A DNA stretch of 64,000 nucleotides from the NCBI GenBank assembly GCA_046290465.1, contig JBKAGP010000001.1, forward strand, positions 5,888,001 to 5,952,000, read 5' to 3'. This document shows, piece after piece, positions 18,773-30,980 of the stretch. The position numbers were made by a program, and so were the translations under genes. The DNA comes from Planctomycetota bacterium. Lineage in GTDB: Bacteria > Planctomycetota > UBA1135 > UBA2386. Each line of letters opens with the position of its first letter. Positions within the stretch are counted from its first letter, which is position 1. The notes beneath the pieces are model-generated. The model was not told the origin of the DNA and made no database searches. It saw only the letters and a program-made list of their open reading frames with translations.

Positions 18773-21510
18773 TCCAGTTCGTGCGTGCCGAGGCGTTCTT
18801 GTTGGCGCCGCTGTTCGTGCTGGTGCTGCGCGGTCGCATCTGGCCGCGGCCGCTGCTCGGCACGCTGCGCCTGCTGGCGCTGCTGGCGCTGTGTGGCGTG
18901 CTCGCGCAGCCGTCGTTCGGCACCGTCGCCGACGGCCGCGACGTGGTGTTCGTCGTCGATCGGTCGCGCTCGATGCCGGCCGGCCACCTGGCCGAGGCCC
19001 GGGAGTTCGCGCGCGAGGTCGTCGCCGCGCAGCAGGCCGGCGACCGCTTCGCGGTGGTCGAGTTCGCGCGCGAGGCGGCCATCGTCAGCCACCTGTCGGA
19101 CACGCTGCGCTGGTCCGAGGCCGAGCGCACCTTCGACCGCGACGGCAGCGACCTCGGCGGGGCCTTGACCACGGCGCTCGGCCTGGTGCCCGACGGCCGC
19201 AACGCGACGCTGGTGGTGTGGAGCGACGGCGAAGTCGCGCGCGAACGGGTCGACGCGCTGGCGCGGCTGGCAGAGCGCCGCGGCGTCCGCATCGACGTCG
19301 AGCCGGTCGGACGCGCGTTCGGTCGCGACGCGGCGGTGCACGACGTGCGGGTGCCGCCCGAGGTGCCGATCGACGCGCCGTTCGCGCTGAACGCGACGGT
19401 GGTCGCCACCGCCGACGGCCCGGCCCGATGGCACCTGCTGCTCGACGGCGAGTCGGTGCGGCGCGGCACCGCGCAGCTGCGCACCGGCCGCAACGCGCTG
19501 CAGCTGCCGCTGGAGCTGGGCGAGCCTGGTGAGCACACCGTCGCGCTCGAGGTGCAGCTCGAAGGCGACGCCGTGCCCGAGAACGACCGCGGCCTCGGCG
19601 TGGTGCGGGGCCTGACCCGCACCCGCGTGCTGTGCGTGACGCCGGGTGGGCGCGAGGACCGGCTCAGCCGTTCGCTGCGCACGGCCGGCATCGACGTGGT
19701 GGTGGCCGCGCCCGAGGTCGCGCCGCTGACCCTGGCCGAGCTCGACGGCTTCGAGGCGGTGGTGCTCGAGGACGTGCCGGCGAGCGCGCTGCCGACCGGC
19801 GCGATGCAGGTCGTGCGCAGCTGGGTGCGCGACCTCGGCGGCGGCCTGCTGATGACCGGCGGCCACCAGAGCTTCGGTGTCGGCGGCTACCACCAGTCGC
19901 CGATCGAGGAGGTGCTGCCGGTCACGCTCGAGATCCGCGACGAGCAGCGTCGCTTCGGCCTGGCGATGGCGGTGGCGCTGGACCGCTCGGGCTCGATGCA
20001 GGCGACCGCCGGCGACACCACCAAGATGCAGCTCGCCAACCGGGGCGCTGCCGGAGCGATCGAGTTGATGGCGCCGACCGACGCGGTCGCGGTGCTCGCC
20101 GTCGACACCGAGGCGCACGTCGTGCTGCCGCTGACCGCCGTCGACGACAAGGAGGGCATCCAGCAGCAGGTGCGCGCGATCGAGTCGAGCGGCGGCGGCA
20201 TCTACGTCGGGGCCGCGCTGCACGAGTGCGCGCGCCAGCTCAGCGAGGCCGAACAGGAGGGCCGCCACATCGTGCTGTTCGCCGACGCCAGCGACGCCGA
20301 GGAGCCGCTCGACTACCTCGAGTTCGTGCCGAAGCTCGCCGCCGACGGCATCACGGTGTCGGTGATCGGGCTGGGCTCGCCGTCCGATCGCGACGCGCCG
20401 CTGCTCGAGGAGATCGCCGAACTCGGCAACGGCCGCTGCCAGTTCGTCGCCGACGCGACCGAGCTGCCGCGGGTGTTCGCGCAGGAGACCATCGAGGTGA
20501 CGCGCAGCGCGCTGGTCGAGGAATCGACCGAGCTGCGCGTCGAGCCGACGCTGCAGCTGCTCGGCCAGCTGCCCGACGAGGCGCCGCCGGTCGGCGGCTT
20601 CTCGGTCGCCTGGATCCGCGACCGCGCCGACCGCGACATCACTACGCTCGACGAGCACGACGCGCCGCTGCTGGCGCACTGGCAGGTCGGCCTCGGCCGC
20701 GGGGCGGCGTTCCTCGGCGAGGCCGACGGGGCGCTGACCGGTGCGTGGGGACAGTGGGACGGCTACGCCGACCTGTTTTCGGCGGTGGTGCGCTGGCTGT
20801 GCGGCGGCGCTCCCGGCGGGGTCTACGTCGATGCGCGGCGCGAACGCGACACCGCCGTCTACTCGCTCGAAGTCGAACCCGAACGCGCCGCCGTGCTCGA
20901 TGGCATCGACGGCGTGCACACGACGCCGGATGGCGCGACCGGCCCGCTGCGGTTCACCCGTCTGCAGCCGGGCCGCGTCGAAGCGCGCGTGCCGCTGGTG
21001 CAGGAGGGCGTGCATCGCGCCGCGGTCCGGATCGGCGGCGAGTCGCTGCGGCTGCCGCCGCTGGCGCGGCCGTTCTCGCCCGAGTGGGAACTGCAGCCTG
21101 ACCCCCGCTACGGCGAGGTCACGCTGCGCGGCCTGACGCGCCGCACTGGCGGCAACGTGTCGCCGGCGAGCGCGCAGGTGCTCGCCGGCCCGCGCCGCAG
21201 CCGCGGCCGTCAGCAGCTGGGGCCGTGGCTGGTGTCGGTGGCGCTGCTGTTGCTCGTCGCGGAGATCGCGAGCCGGCGGCTGCTGCTGCACGTGCCGACG
21301 CCGCGCTTCCTGCAGCGTCGGGCCACGAAGGAGCGAGCCGCGGCGGCGAGCGCCGGGGCCGTGCCGGCGAAGCGCGCGGCGAAGCCCGCAGCGGGTGCGC
21401 CCTTGGGCAGCGGCCAGGGAGACGACGACGGCGGCGACGACGGCGGCGGCGAAACCGGTCTCTTGTCGGCGCTCGAGCGCGCCCACAAGCGCGGCGGTCG
21501 CAGGGTCTAG
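18769..21510 (+). CDS. Double-VWA membrane protein with GATase1-like domain
   Basis: VVDRSRSM and ALDRSGSM MIDAS motifs, GGGLLMTGGHQSFGVGGY...IEEVLPV, C-terminal TM ending EIASRR. Confidence 0.85.
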   Translation: MIQFVRAEAFLLAPLFVLVLRGRIWPRPLLGTLRLLALLALCGVLAQPSFGTVADGRDVVFVVDRSRSMPAGHLAEAREFAREVVAAQQAGDRFAVVEFAREAAIVSHLSDTLRWSEAERTFDRDGSDLGGALTTALGLVPDGRNATLVVWSDGEVARERVDALARLAERRGVRIDVEPVGRAFGRDAAVHDVRVPPEVPIDAPFALNATVVATADGPARWHLLLDGESVRRGTAQLRTGRNALQLPLELGEPGEHTVALEVQLEGDAVPENDRGLGVVRGLTRTRVLCVTPGGREDRLSRSLRTAGIDVVVAAPEVAPLTLAELDGFEAVVLEDVPASALPTGAMQVVRSWVRDLGGGLLMTGGHQSFGVGGYHQSPIEEVLPVTLEIRDEQRRFGLAMAVALDRSGSMQATAGDTTKMQLANRGAAGAIELMAPTDAVAVLAVDTEAHVVLPLTAVDDKEGIQQQVRAIESSGGGIYVGAALHECARQLSEAEQEGRHIVLFADASDAEEPLDYLEFVPKLAADGITVSVIGLGSPSDRDAPLLEEIAELGNGRCQFVADATELPRVFAQETIEVTRSALVEESTELRVEPTLQLLGQLPDEAPPVGGFSVAWIRDRADRDITTLDEHDAPLLAHWQVGLGRGAAFLGEADGALTGAWGQWDGYADLFSAVVRWLCGGAPGGVYVDARRERDTAVYSLEVEPERAAVLDGIDGVHTTPDGATGPLRFTRLQPGRVEARVPLVQEGVHRAAVRIGGESLRLPPLARPFSPEWELQPDPRYGEVTLRGLTRRTGGNVSPASAQVLAGPRRSRGRQQLGPWLVSVALLLLVAEIASRRLLLHVPTPRFLQRRATKERAAAASAGAVPAKRAAKPAAGAPLGSGQGDDDGGDDGGGETGLLSALERAHKRGGRRV

Positions 21511-21807
21511 GGTCGTCCGTCCGACAGACGTGGCATGCTGCGCGGCCGTCGCCGCCCGTCGCGGCGTTGCTGCTCGTCGACAGGATGTCTGGAACATGCC
21601 TTCGTCGCAGCGCCTTGCGACCAACGACGCCGACCCGCGGATCATGCCCCGTCTGCCAGCTGCACGACACGGGCAGCGCGTGGCGTGGCGGACGTCGTCG
21701 GGGTGCCGTCGACCAGGGTGAAGTTCGCCATGGAAGCCTTACCCGCACGCGAACGCGTCGCGCCATGCGCGCTATCCTCGTGCGCCACCATCTGGAAGGA
21801 CCCATAC

Positions 21808-22290
21808 ATGAAGCCACTGCCCGCGCTCGTTGCTGCCGTCGCCCTGTCGTCGTTCACCGCCGCCCAGACCCAGGACGTCGGCCTGACCATGGACGGCGGT
21901 CTGTTGACCGTCATCTACGGCCAGGACTGCGGTCCGGTCGCCTGCACCCCGTTCACCGCCGGCCCCGTCGGCGTCGGCACCACGCGCAGCGTCACGCACT
22001 ACAGCGCGCCGCAGACGCTCTACGCGGTCGCGCTCGGATTCCCGGGTGCTTGCGTGCAGGTGCCCGGCTTCGACAACTCGCTGCTGCTGCAGAGCCCGGT
22101 CGTGATCGGCTGGGGGCTGACGTCGGCGCCGCCGTTCGTGCCGCTGCCGTGCCAGCAGGGCTTCGCCTCGGCGTCGTTCTCGATCCCGAGCACGGCGCCG
22201 ACCGGGGTCGTGTTCCGGATCCAGTCGTTCGGCGAGTCGCTGTCCGGCGGCTTCGCGTTCGGTCCGGCGCTCGAGACGACGACGATCTGA
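21808..22290 (+). CDS. Small secreted protein (160 aa) consisting mostly of the shared C-terminal domain
   Basis: GAAGGA then ATG at 21808; signal peptide MKPLPALVAAVALSSFTAAQ; YGQDC...IPSTAPTGVVFRIQ. Confidence 0.75.
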   Translation: MKPLPALVAAVALSSFTAAQTQDVGLTMDGGLLTVIYGQDCGPVACTPFTAGPVGVGTTRSVTHYSAPQTLYAVALGFPGACVQVPGFDNSLLLQSPVVIGWGLTSAPPFVPLPCQQGFASASFSIPSTAPTGVVFRIQSFGESLSGGFAFGPALETTTI

Positions 22291-22384
22291 GCGGCGAGTA
22301 ACGAACGCGTACTTCCTGGGCGCCGCCGCGGCTTGCGGCGGTTCGGAGGTTGCGCCGACGTCCAGGTGCGCAACACTGCGCTGC

Positions 22385-25630
<3,246 letters not shown>

Positions 25631-25640
25631 ACTCCGTGAA

Positions 25641-25826
25641 CTGACCACTTGGCTGTTGGTGGCCGCGGCGACCGTGGAAGGTTGCTCGCGACTCTGGTCC
25701 GCAATTCGTGAGGAACCGCCGGGCTTGGCCCTCCGGAACCGCCGTAACGCCAGAACATGGCCTTGCCGGCGGCTCTGGGGGCCGTGGCTGCCTTGTTGCG
25801 CGGCGGACCAACAGCCAAGTGATCAG
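25641..25826. mobile_element. Non-autonomous element (MITE/REPIN-like), 186 bp, sharing ends with the IS at 28070-29250
   Basis: Left ctgaccacttggctgttggt (25641-25660), right accaacagccaagtgatcag (25807-25826): 19/20 inverted match; no credible ORF inside. Confidence 0.8.
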
Positions 25827-25882
25827 TTCGTCGATGAGGGCGTGCATCCGTTTGGTCGGTGGGGGCGAAGGAGCCGGATGCC

Positions 25883-26092
25883 ATGCAGGACATCATGCTC
25901 ACCGACCCGGCCGCGACCCTTCGTCGTGCTCGGCTGCTGTTCTGGATCGCCGCGTTCTTGTCGCTCGGATTCGCGCTCGGTCTGTGGGCGATCGGAAACG
26001 AGGGCGAGGCCCTGTTCGTCGGTGCCTGGCCGCCCGGCATCCTGGCTGTCGGTGCGGTCCTGACGCGCCGTGCGCGGAGGACCGGGTCGTGA
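25883..26092 (+). CDS. Small two-TM membrane protein (69 aa)
   Basis: AAGGAG RBS, ATG 25883; LLFWIAAFLSLGFALGLW ... ALFVGAWPPGILAVG. Confidence 0.65.
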   Translation: MQDIMLTDPAATLRRARLLFWIAAFLSLGFALGLWAIGNEGEALFVGAWPPGILAVGAVLTRRARRTGS

Positions 26093-26226
26093 TTGTCTGG
26101 ATCGGACTGTTCGGCTTGATGGTCGCGTGCCTGGTTGCATTCGCGGCGGCGCTGACGGTGATGGCTGGCGCACGTCGGCGAGTTCCTGTGCGGGCAGAGC
26201 GCTCGTGGCCGTTCGACGCACTTTGA
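26089..26226 (+). CDS. Small single-TM protein (45 aa)
   Basis: GGAGG RBS, GTGA overlap with previous stop, hydrophobic N-terminus followed by a basic tail. Confidence 0.5.
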   Translation: MIVWIGLFGLMVACLVAFAAALTVMAGARRRVPVRAERSWPFDAL

Positions 26227-26318
26227 TCGCATCGGAAGGCCCCGGCCCGGTCGTGGATCTCCGGCGACACCGGTCTTGACGCGGACTTCATCGGGCTCGA
26301 TGCTGGCCGCCCCCACAC

Positions 26319-26417
26319 GGGAGTGCATCCGAGCTGGTGTTCGGCCTGGTCTTCAAAACCTGTGGGGTCCTTCCTAGAGAGGGGCTCGGTGGGTTCGATT
26401 CCCATGCATTCCCGCCA
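26319..26417 (+). tRNA. selC: tRNA-Sec (anticodon TCA)
   Basis: 8-bp acceptor stem GGGAGTGC/GCATTCCC + GCCA, 6-bp D stem CCGAGC/GTTCGG with 4-nt loop, anticodon loop CT-TCA-AA (26353-26355), long variable arm, T arm GTGGG-TTCGATT-CCCAT; 99 nt. Confidence 0.95.
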
Positions 26418-26522
26418 TTCCGCCCGCCCGCAGCACTGTGGTGCCGCGGTTGACGGACGCTCGAATGGCAGCCGCCCCGCACTTCGGCGGGTGCGGCGCG
26501 CTGGCCTCCGCGGTAGGTTGCG

Positions 26523-26861
26523 ATGACGATGCGTGCCCTGATCTCGAAGTTGTCGCTCTCGAAGTTGTCGCTCTCGGCGTTGCTGTTGTTCGCCGCTTGC
26601 CAGATCTCGGAACCCGTGGTCGAGCCAGCCGTGCCGGCCGGAGCTGCGGTCGTCGAGACGATGGACGCTGCTGGCTACACCTACCTCAAGCTCGAGTCGG
26701 GCGAATGGTATGCCGTGCGCGAGACCGAACTCGCGGTCGGCGATCGCGTCGAGATCGATGCCGACGCGATGGCGATGAAGAACTTCACCAGCAGCACGCT
26801 GAATCGCACGTTCCCGCTGATCTACTTCGCGTCAGGCCTGCAGAAGGTCGGCGGCGAGTAG
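26523..26861 (+). CDS. Small lipoprotein, NrfJ-related OB-fold-like
   Basis: Lipobox LFAAC; VVETMDAAGYTY...WYAV...VGDRV...MKNFTSSTLNRTF pattern. Start may be 26529. Confidence 0.65.
   Translation: MTMRALISKLSLSKLSLSALLLFAACQISEPVVEPAVPAGAAVVETMDAAGYTYLKLESGEWYAVRETELAVGDRVEIDADAMAMKNFTSSTLNRTFPLIYFASGLQKVGGE
26542..26576 (+). repeat. 15-bp tandem duplication in signal peptide (SKLSL x2)
   Basis: tctcgaagttgtcgc x2 plus tctcg. Confidence 0.85.
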
Positions 26862-26873
26862 CACGGCGTCACC

Positions 26874-27278
26874 TTGACGACGCAGCTGCGCGTAGCGACC
26901 CGGGGCCAGGGGCTCACGGAGATCACCCGCGAGGTCGTGGCGGCGGTCGCCGCATCGGGCCTCCAGGAAGGTCTCTGCACTCTGTTCGTGCAGCACACTT
27001 CGGCGAGTCTGCTGATCCAGGAGAACGCCGACCCGGACGTGCAGCGTGACCTGCAGGCGTTCTTCCGGCGGCTGGTGCCCGAAGGCGATCCGCTGTGGAC
27101 ACATACGGCAGAAGGCCCGGATGACATGCCGGCCCACGTGCGCGCCGCGCTGACTTCGACGAGCCTGTCGATCCCGGTGGTCGAGGGCCGTCTGCAGCTC
27201 GGCACGTGGCAGGGGGTCTACCTGTGGGAGCACCGTCGGCATGGATCCGAGCGGCGCGTGCTGGTCCACGTCCGGTGA
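26874..27278 (+). CDS. yjbQ: YjbQ / UPF0047 family protein
   Basis: HTSASLLIQENADPDV, EGPDDMPAHVRAAL, LGTWQGVYLWEHR; TTG start. Confidence 0.92.
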   Translation: MTTQLRVATRGQGLTEITREVVAAVAASGLQEGLCTLFVQHTSASLLIQENADPDVQRDLQAFFRRLVPEGDPLWTHTAEGPDDMPAHVRAALTSTSLSIPVVEGRLQLGTWQGVYLWEHRRHGSERRVLVHVR

Positions 27279-27298
27279 CGAAGCGGTATCCTGGCCGC

Positions 27299-28066
27299 AT
27301 GATCGCGTTTGCCCTCGTCGGTCTCCTCCTCGTGTCGTCGCCCGCGTTCGCGCAGGGCAAAGGCCAGCAGTCGGGTCAGAAGTCCAGCCAGCAGGATGCG
27401 TCGAGCAAGAAGCTCGAAACCTGGCCGGACAAGCTCGCCAAGCAGAAGGTCAAGGCGTTCCAGAAGGCGCTGAAGGCGAAGAAGGTCAGCATGGCCGACC
27501 GCAAGCGCGCCTTGACCGAGCTGAAGGGCGGTATCAGCACGCACCTGGTCAAACCACTGGCGAAGTTCATCGAGACCGACAGCTCGATCGTGCTGAAGCG
27601 CGAGGCCGTCGAGATGCTCGGCGACCAGACCGGCAAGCGGACCAAGAAGGCGGTGCTCGACCTGCTCGGCAACGCCCGCGTCACCGGGAATCCGCAGGTG
27701 CACGCAGGCTTGATCCGGGCCCTCGGCCGGTCCGACTACACGTCCAAGGACTGGAAGGAGATCGCCGACGTATTCGAGTCCGACTACGACACCGAGCGCG
27801 TGCCGGTGCACGAGGCGATCCTCGAGCTCGTCCGGCGGCACAAGGAGAAGCAGGCGATCCCGTTGTTGCTCAACAACATGGATGAGCCGAGCGCCAAGAA
27901 CGTCGACGCCGCCGACAACCCGCCGGCCGAGTACTGGAAGGCCCGGTGGCATTCCTGGGCCGCTTGGAAGACCAAGGTCAAGGAGGCCATGAAGGCGATC
28001 ACGGGCCAGGACTTTGGCAGCGCCAAGGAAGCCAGGGCCTGGCTGAAGAAGAACCCCCTCAAGTAG
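27299..28066 (+). CDS. Secreted Lys-rich HEAT-repeat-like protein
   Basis: Signal peptide MIAFALVGLLLVSSPAFAQ; helical repeats; terminal AMKAITGQDFGSAKEARAW. Confidence 0.7.
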   Translation: MIAFALVGLLLVSSPAFAQGKGQQSGQKSSQQDASSKKLETWPDKLAKQKVKAFQKALKAKKVSMADRKRALTELKGGISTHLVKPLAKFIETDSSIVLKREAVEMLGDQTGKRTKKAVLDLLGNARVTGNPQVHAGLIRALGRSDYTSKDWKEIADVFESDYDTERVPVHEAILELVRRHKEKQAIPLLLNNMDEPSAKNVDAADNPPAEYWKARWHSWAAWKTKVKEAMKAITGQDFGSAKEARAWLKKNPLK

Positions 28067-28069
28067 GAC

Positions 28070-29250
28070 CTGATCACTTGGCTGTTGGTGCCCTCGCGCG
28101 AGTGGCACCAAGAGGCGCACATTGGTCCGCATTCAAACCGATCGCGCCCCGCTCAGGCTCATCGGATGGATGCTGCGCGGACCCCAGTCCTGCTGCCAGC
28201 GCAGCACCTCGACCGACCGCAGCCGGCGCGGCAGCAACCCGAGCACGACCGCGGACGCCAGCATCGGATGGTCGCGGTTGAATCGCTTGCGCACGTAGTT
28301 GCGGTAGACGGCGAACAGGTCGAGCTGCGCCTTGAGCCAGCGCGCGGCCTTGGACACCAGCCACGACTTGCGCCGCAGGCGGCCGCAGTTGTCGCGCGAC
28401 ATCGCGATCGTCGCGTTGATCGGGAACAGCGGGTTGCGGATCGTGCGCGCCTCGGTGCCGGCCGTGGTCGTGTGGGTGGCGCGGTCGCCGAACACCTTCT
28501 TGCACGACCTCGCGTAACTCGCCTTCTTGTCGGTGTGTAGCCCGAGCCGTCCGGTGCACCGCCGGTCGAGCTCGCGCAGCACGCCTTCGACGCACTCGCG
28601 GCTGCGGTCGGGCCGGCGGCCGTGCTGCTGTTCGTGGGCGTCTTGCCATGCCCGCCGGGTCGTGCCGCGTCGGGCGAGCCGGCGGATCGGCGCCGTGTCG
28701 GCTGCGACCAGGAACCACGACTTCCGCTCGATCAGGATCGGCACCGTCAGGGTGCGGATCGACGAGCCTTCGTCACGTCTCCTCCTCGTCGAGCACGTAG
28801 TCGCCGCCCGACGGCAGGCGCTGCGAGAGGTTGCGGTGCAGGCCCGCGCAGGTGCGGGCGATCTTGCGCATCTTGCGCTGCACCCCGGAGCACGACAGCT
28901 CGAGCAGGCGCCCCGCCTGGCGCAGGCCGATGCCGCTCGTCAGCAGGTCGAACAGGCGGGCGTTGGTAGCGGGCCTGCGGTCGCGGTAGTCGTGACGGAA
29001 CGTCTGGCGTGAGAACGTTCTACGGCAGGCGGGGCAGCGATAGCGCTGCTCTGGCGCGGTGCGGCAGGCGGCGCGGAACGAGCCCCATCGGGCGAATCGC
29101 CGGGGCGGGGTGGTGAAGGCGGAGCAGTCCTGGTGCGGACAACGGGGTGGCTCGAAGGTCATGCGGTGTCGTGGCGATGCGCCACGACACTGGGGCCCGC
29201 GTTCGCTGGCGGTGGCAGCGAATCCGCGGGACCAACAGCCAGGTGATCAG
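28070..29250 (-). mobile_element. IS1-family-like insertion sequence, 1181 bp, 20-bp terminal inverted repeats
   Basis: ctgatcacttggctgttggt (28070-28089) / accaacagccaggtgatcag (29231-29250), 19/20; encloses a transposase-like gene; lies between convergent stops at 28066 and 29256. Confidence 0.85.
28133..29162 (-). pseudogene. IS1-like transposase (Zn ribbon, HTH, DDE-like core), split by a 1-bp frameshift near 28774
   Basis: ORF 28773-29162: CPHQDC...RYRCPACRRTFS, GIGLRQAGRLL, VLDEEET-stop. ORF 28133-28744: LHTDKKASY, RLRRKSWLVSK. Removing one G from ACG TGAC GAA gives a continuous DEEETYEGSSIRTLTVPILIE, 342 aa. Confidence 0.8.
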
Positions 29251-29255
29251 TTGCC

Positions 29256-30935
29256 TCAGTGGACGTGGATGTGGCGGCCGCCGTTCTCCTCGGCCAACGG
29301 CTTCAGGAACGCCGTGTCGTTCTGGTCCCCGAACGTGATGCAGTGGATCGCGATCTTGCGCAGGTTGTTGGCTTCGCGAACGCGCTTCCGGATCTCTTCC
29401 TTGTCGGTGACCGGGCCGGCGGTCGGCGCGCCGTCGGTGATCACGTAGAGGGTGTCGAAGCCGGCGGCGTAGTACTTGTCGTAGAGGCCGCGACCGCCGA
29501 AGCCGAGCGCGGCCTCGAGCGCGTCGTAGAGGTTGGTCGGTCCCTGTGGCCGCAGGCCGTCGAGGAAGTTGCCGAGCAGGTCGTCGCGCGCCTCGTCGTC
29601 GAGTTCGACCAGCGCCGGCCGCTTGCCCTCGGCGCGCCAGATGCGCACGTCCTCGCTGAACACGACGAAGTTGCAGAGGGCGCCGTCGGGCAGCGACATG
29701 ACCAGCTTCTTCAGCTCGGCGACGACGAGCCTGGCCTTGGTCGTCTTGGTGCCGGCGCCGCCGACGGCGGTGGTGCCGGTGGGCTTGATCTCGGCCGGTT
29801 CGGCCATCGAGCCGGAGAAGTCGAGCACGAACAGTACGCGGTCCGACTCGATGGTGAGGTCGAAGAACTTGTCGTAGCGGTTGTCCTGCTGCGGCTCTTC
29901 GCCGGGCTTCGGCTTCGGCCGCACCTGGAAGCTCGCGCCCTCCTGCTTCCAGAACGCCTTCCACGGCGCGATGCCGCCGCGCACGACGCTCTGGCCGGTG
30001 AGCCCTTCGAGCAGCTTGTGCAGCCGGACGTCCATCGCCCACGGGTCCTTCTTGCGCTTCAGTTCGGCGTCCAGGCCCGCGATCAGCGCCGGGATCACGT
30101 CCTTGCAGCGCAGGTTGGCCAGCGAGAACGCGGCGGCGCTGCGAACCTGCCAGACCTTGTCGCGCTTCAATAGCGCGCCGAGCTTCTTGATCACCTGGTC
30201 GCGCTGCTGTCGCAGCTCGCCGGTCGGGTCCTTGCCCTCGGTCTCGTCGACGTGCGGTCGCATCGCCGAACCGATCGCGTTGCAGGCGGCGATGCGCACG
30301 TTGGGCTCGCGGTCCTTGAGCAGGTCGATCAGGGTCGGCACCAGATCGAGCTCGGCGTCCTTGGCCATCGCGTTGACGGCGTGCACGCGCAGCTCGTTCG
30401 GCATCGAGCCGCAGGCGCGCATCAGTTCGAGCTTGGCCTCGAGGCTCGGGTGGCCGGCGAGCACCTTGAGCACGACGACCGCGTGGCGCTGGTCGTCGTT
30501 CTCCTCGCTGGCGCGGATGCTCTTGGCGCGCAGCTTCTTCAGCAGCCAGGGCAGGATGCTCGGCTCCCGCATCGAGCGCAGGTGCCGCTGCGCCATCGCG
30601 CGCACGCGCCACGGCTGCACTTCGCGCTGGAACGCGACCGCCTCGGTCGGGTTGCCCGGCATGACCGGCTGCACGGTGGCGACCTCGAACAGCAGCCTGG
30701 CGTCGACGAACGTGTTGCGGCTCGCGACTGCCGCCATCAGGCGATCGGCGTCGTCGACGACCGTGCGGTCGGTCAACCCGTCCTTCTGAAAGCGCACCGC
30801 GCCCGCCTTGTAGTCGACCAGCCAGGCGCGCAGTTCGGCGCCCGGGTCCTGGCTGGCGAGTGCCTGGCTACCGCCGTCCGCGGCGGCGAGCGTCGCGGCC
30901 AACAGGATCGGAACGAGCGGCAGCGTGCGCTTCAT
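29256..30935 (-). CDS. Secreted HEAT-repeat + VWA domain protein
   Basis: LIDLLKDREPNVRIAAC, DKVWQVRSAAAFSLA HEAT repeats; FVLDFSGSM, GPTNLYDAL, VITDGAPT VWA motifs. Confidence 0.85.
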   Translation of the reverse strand: MKRTLPLVPILLAATLAAADGGSQALASQDPGAELRAWLVDYKAGAVRFQKDGLTDRTVVDDADRLMAAVASRNTFVDARLLFEVATVQPVMPGNPTEAVAFQREVQPWRVRAMAQRHLRSMREPSILPWLLKKLRAKSIRASEENDDQRHAVVVLKVLAGHPSLEAKLELMRACGSMPNELRVHAVNAMAKDAELDLVPTLIDLLKDREPNVRIAACNAIGSAMRPHVDETEGKDPTGELRQQRDQVIKKLGALLKRDKVWQVRSAAAFSLANLRCKDVIPALIAGLDAELKRKKDPWAMDVRLHKLLEGLTGQSVVRGGIAPWKAFWKQEGASFQVRPKPKPGEEPQQDNRYDKFFDLTIESDRVLFVLDFSGSMAEPAEIKPTGTTAVGGAGTKTTKARLVVAELKKLVMSLPDGALCNFVVFSEDVRIWRAEGKRPALVELDDEARDDLLGNFLDGLRPQGPTNLYDALEAALGFGGRGLYDKYYAAGFDTLYVITDGAPTAGPVTDKEEIRKRVREANNLRKIAIHCITFGDQNDTAFLKPLAEENGGRHIHVH

Positions 30936-30980
30936 GGGCGAAACGCTACCGGGTCCCGCCGGCGGCGGGAATGGGCTCCG

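Noticed and set aside
21511..21807. Riboswitch or ncRNA in the 300-bp intergenic gap
   Set aside because: No recognisable aptamer consensus or terminator; only generic GC pairing.
28773..28775. Selenocysteine read-through of the transposase TGA, given nearby selC
   Set aside because: The downstream domain is in another frame, so read-through would not restore it; a 1-bp insertion explains it.
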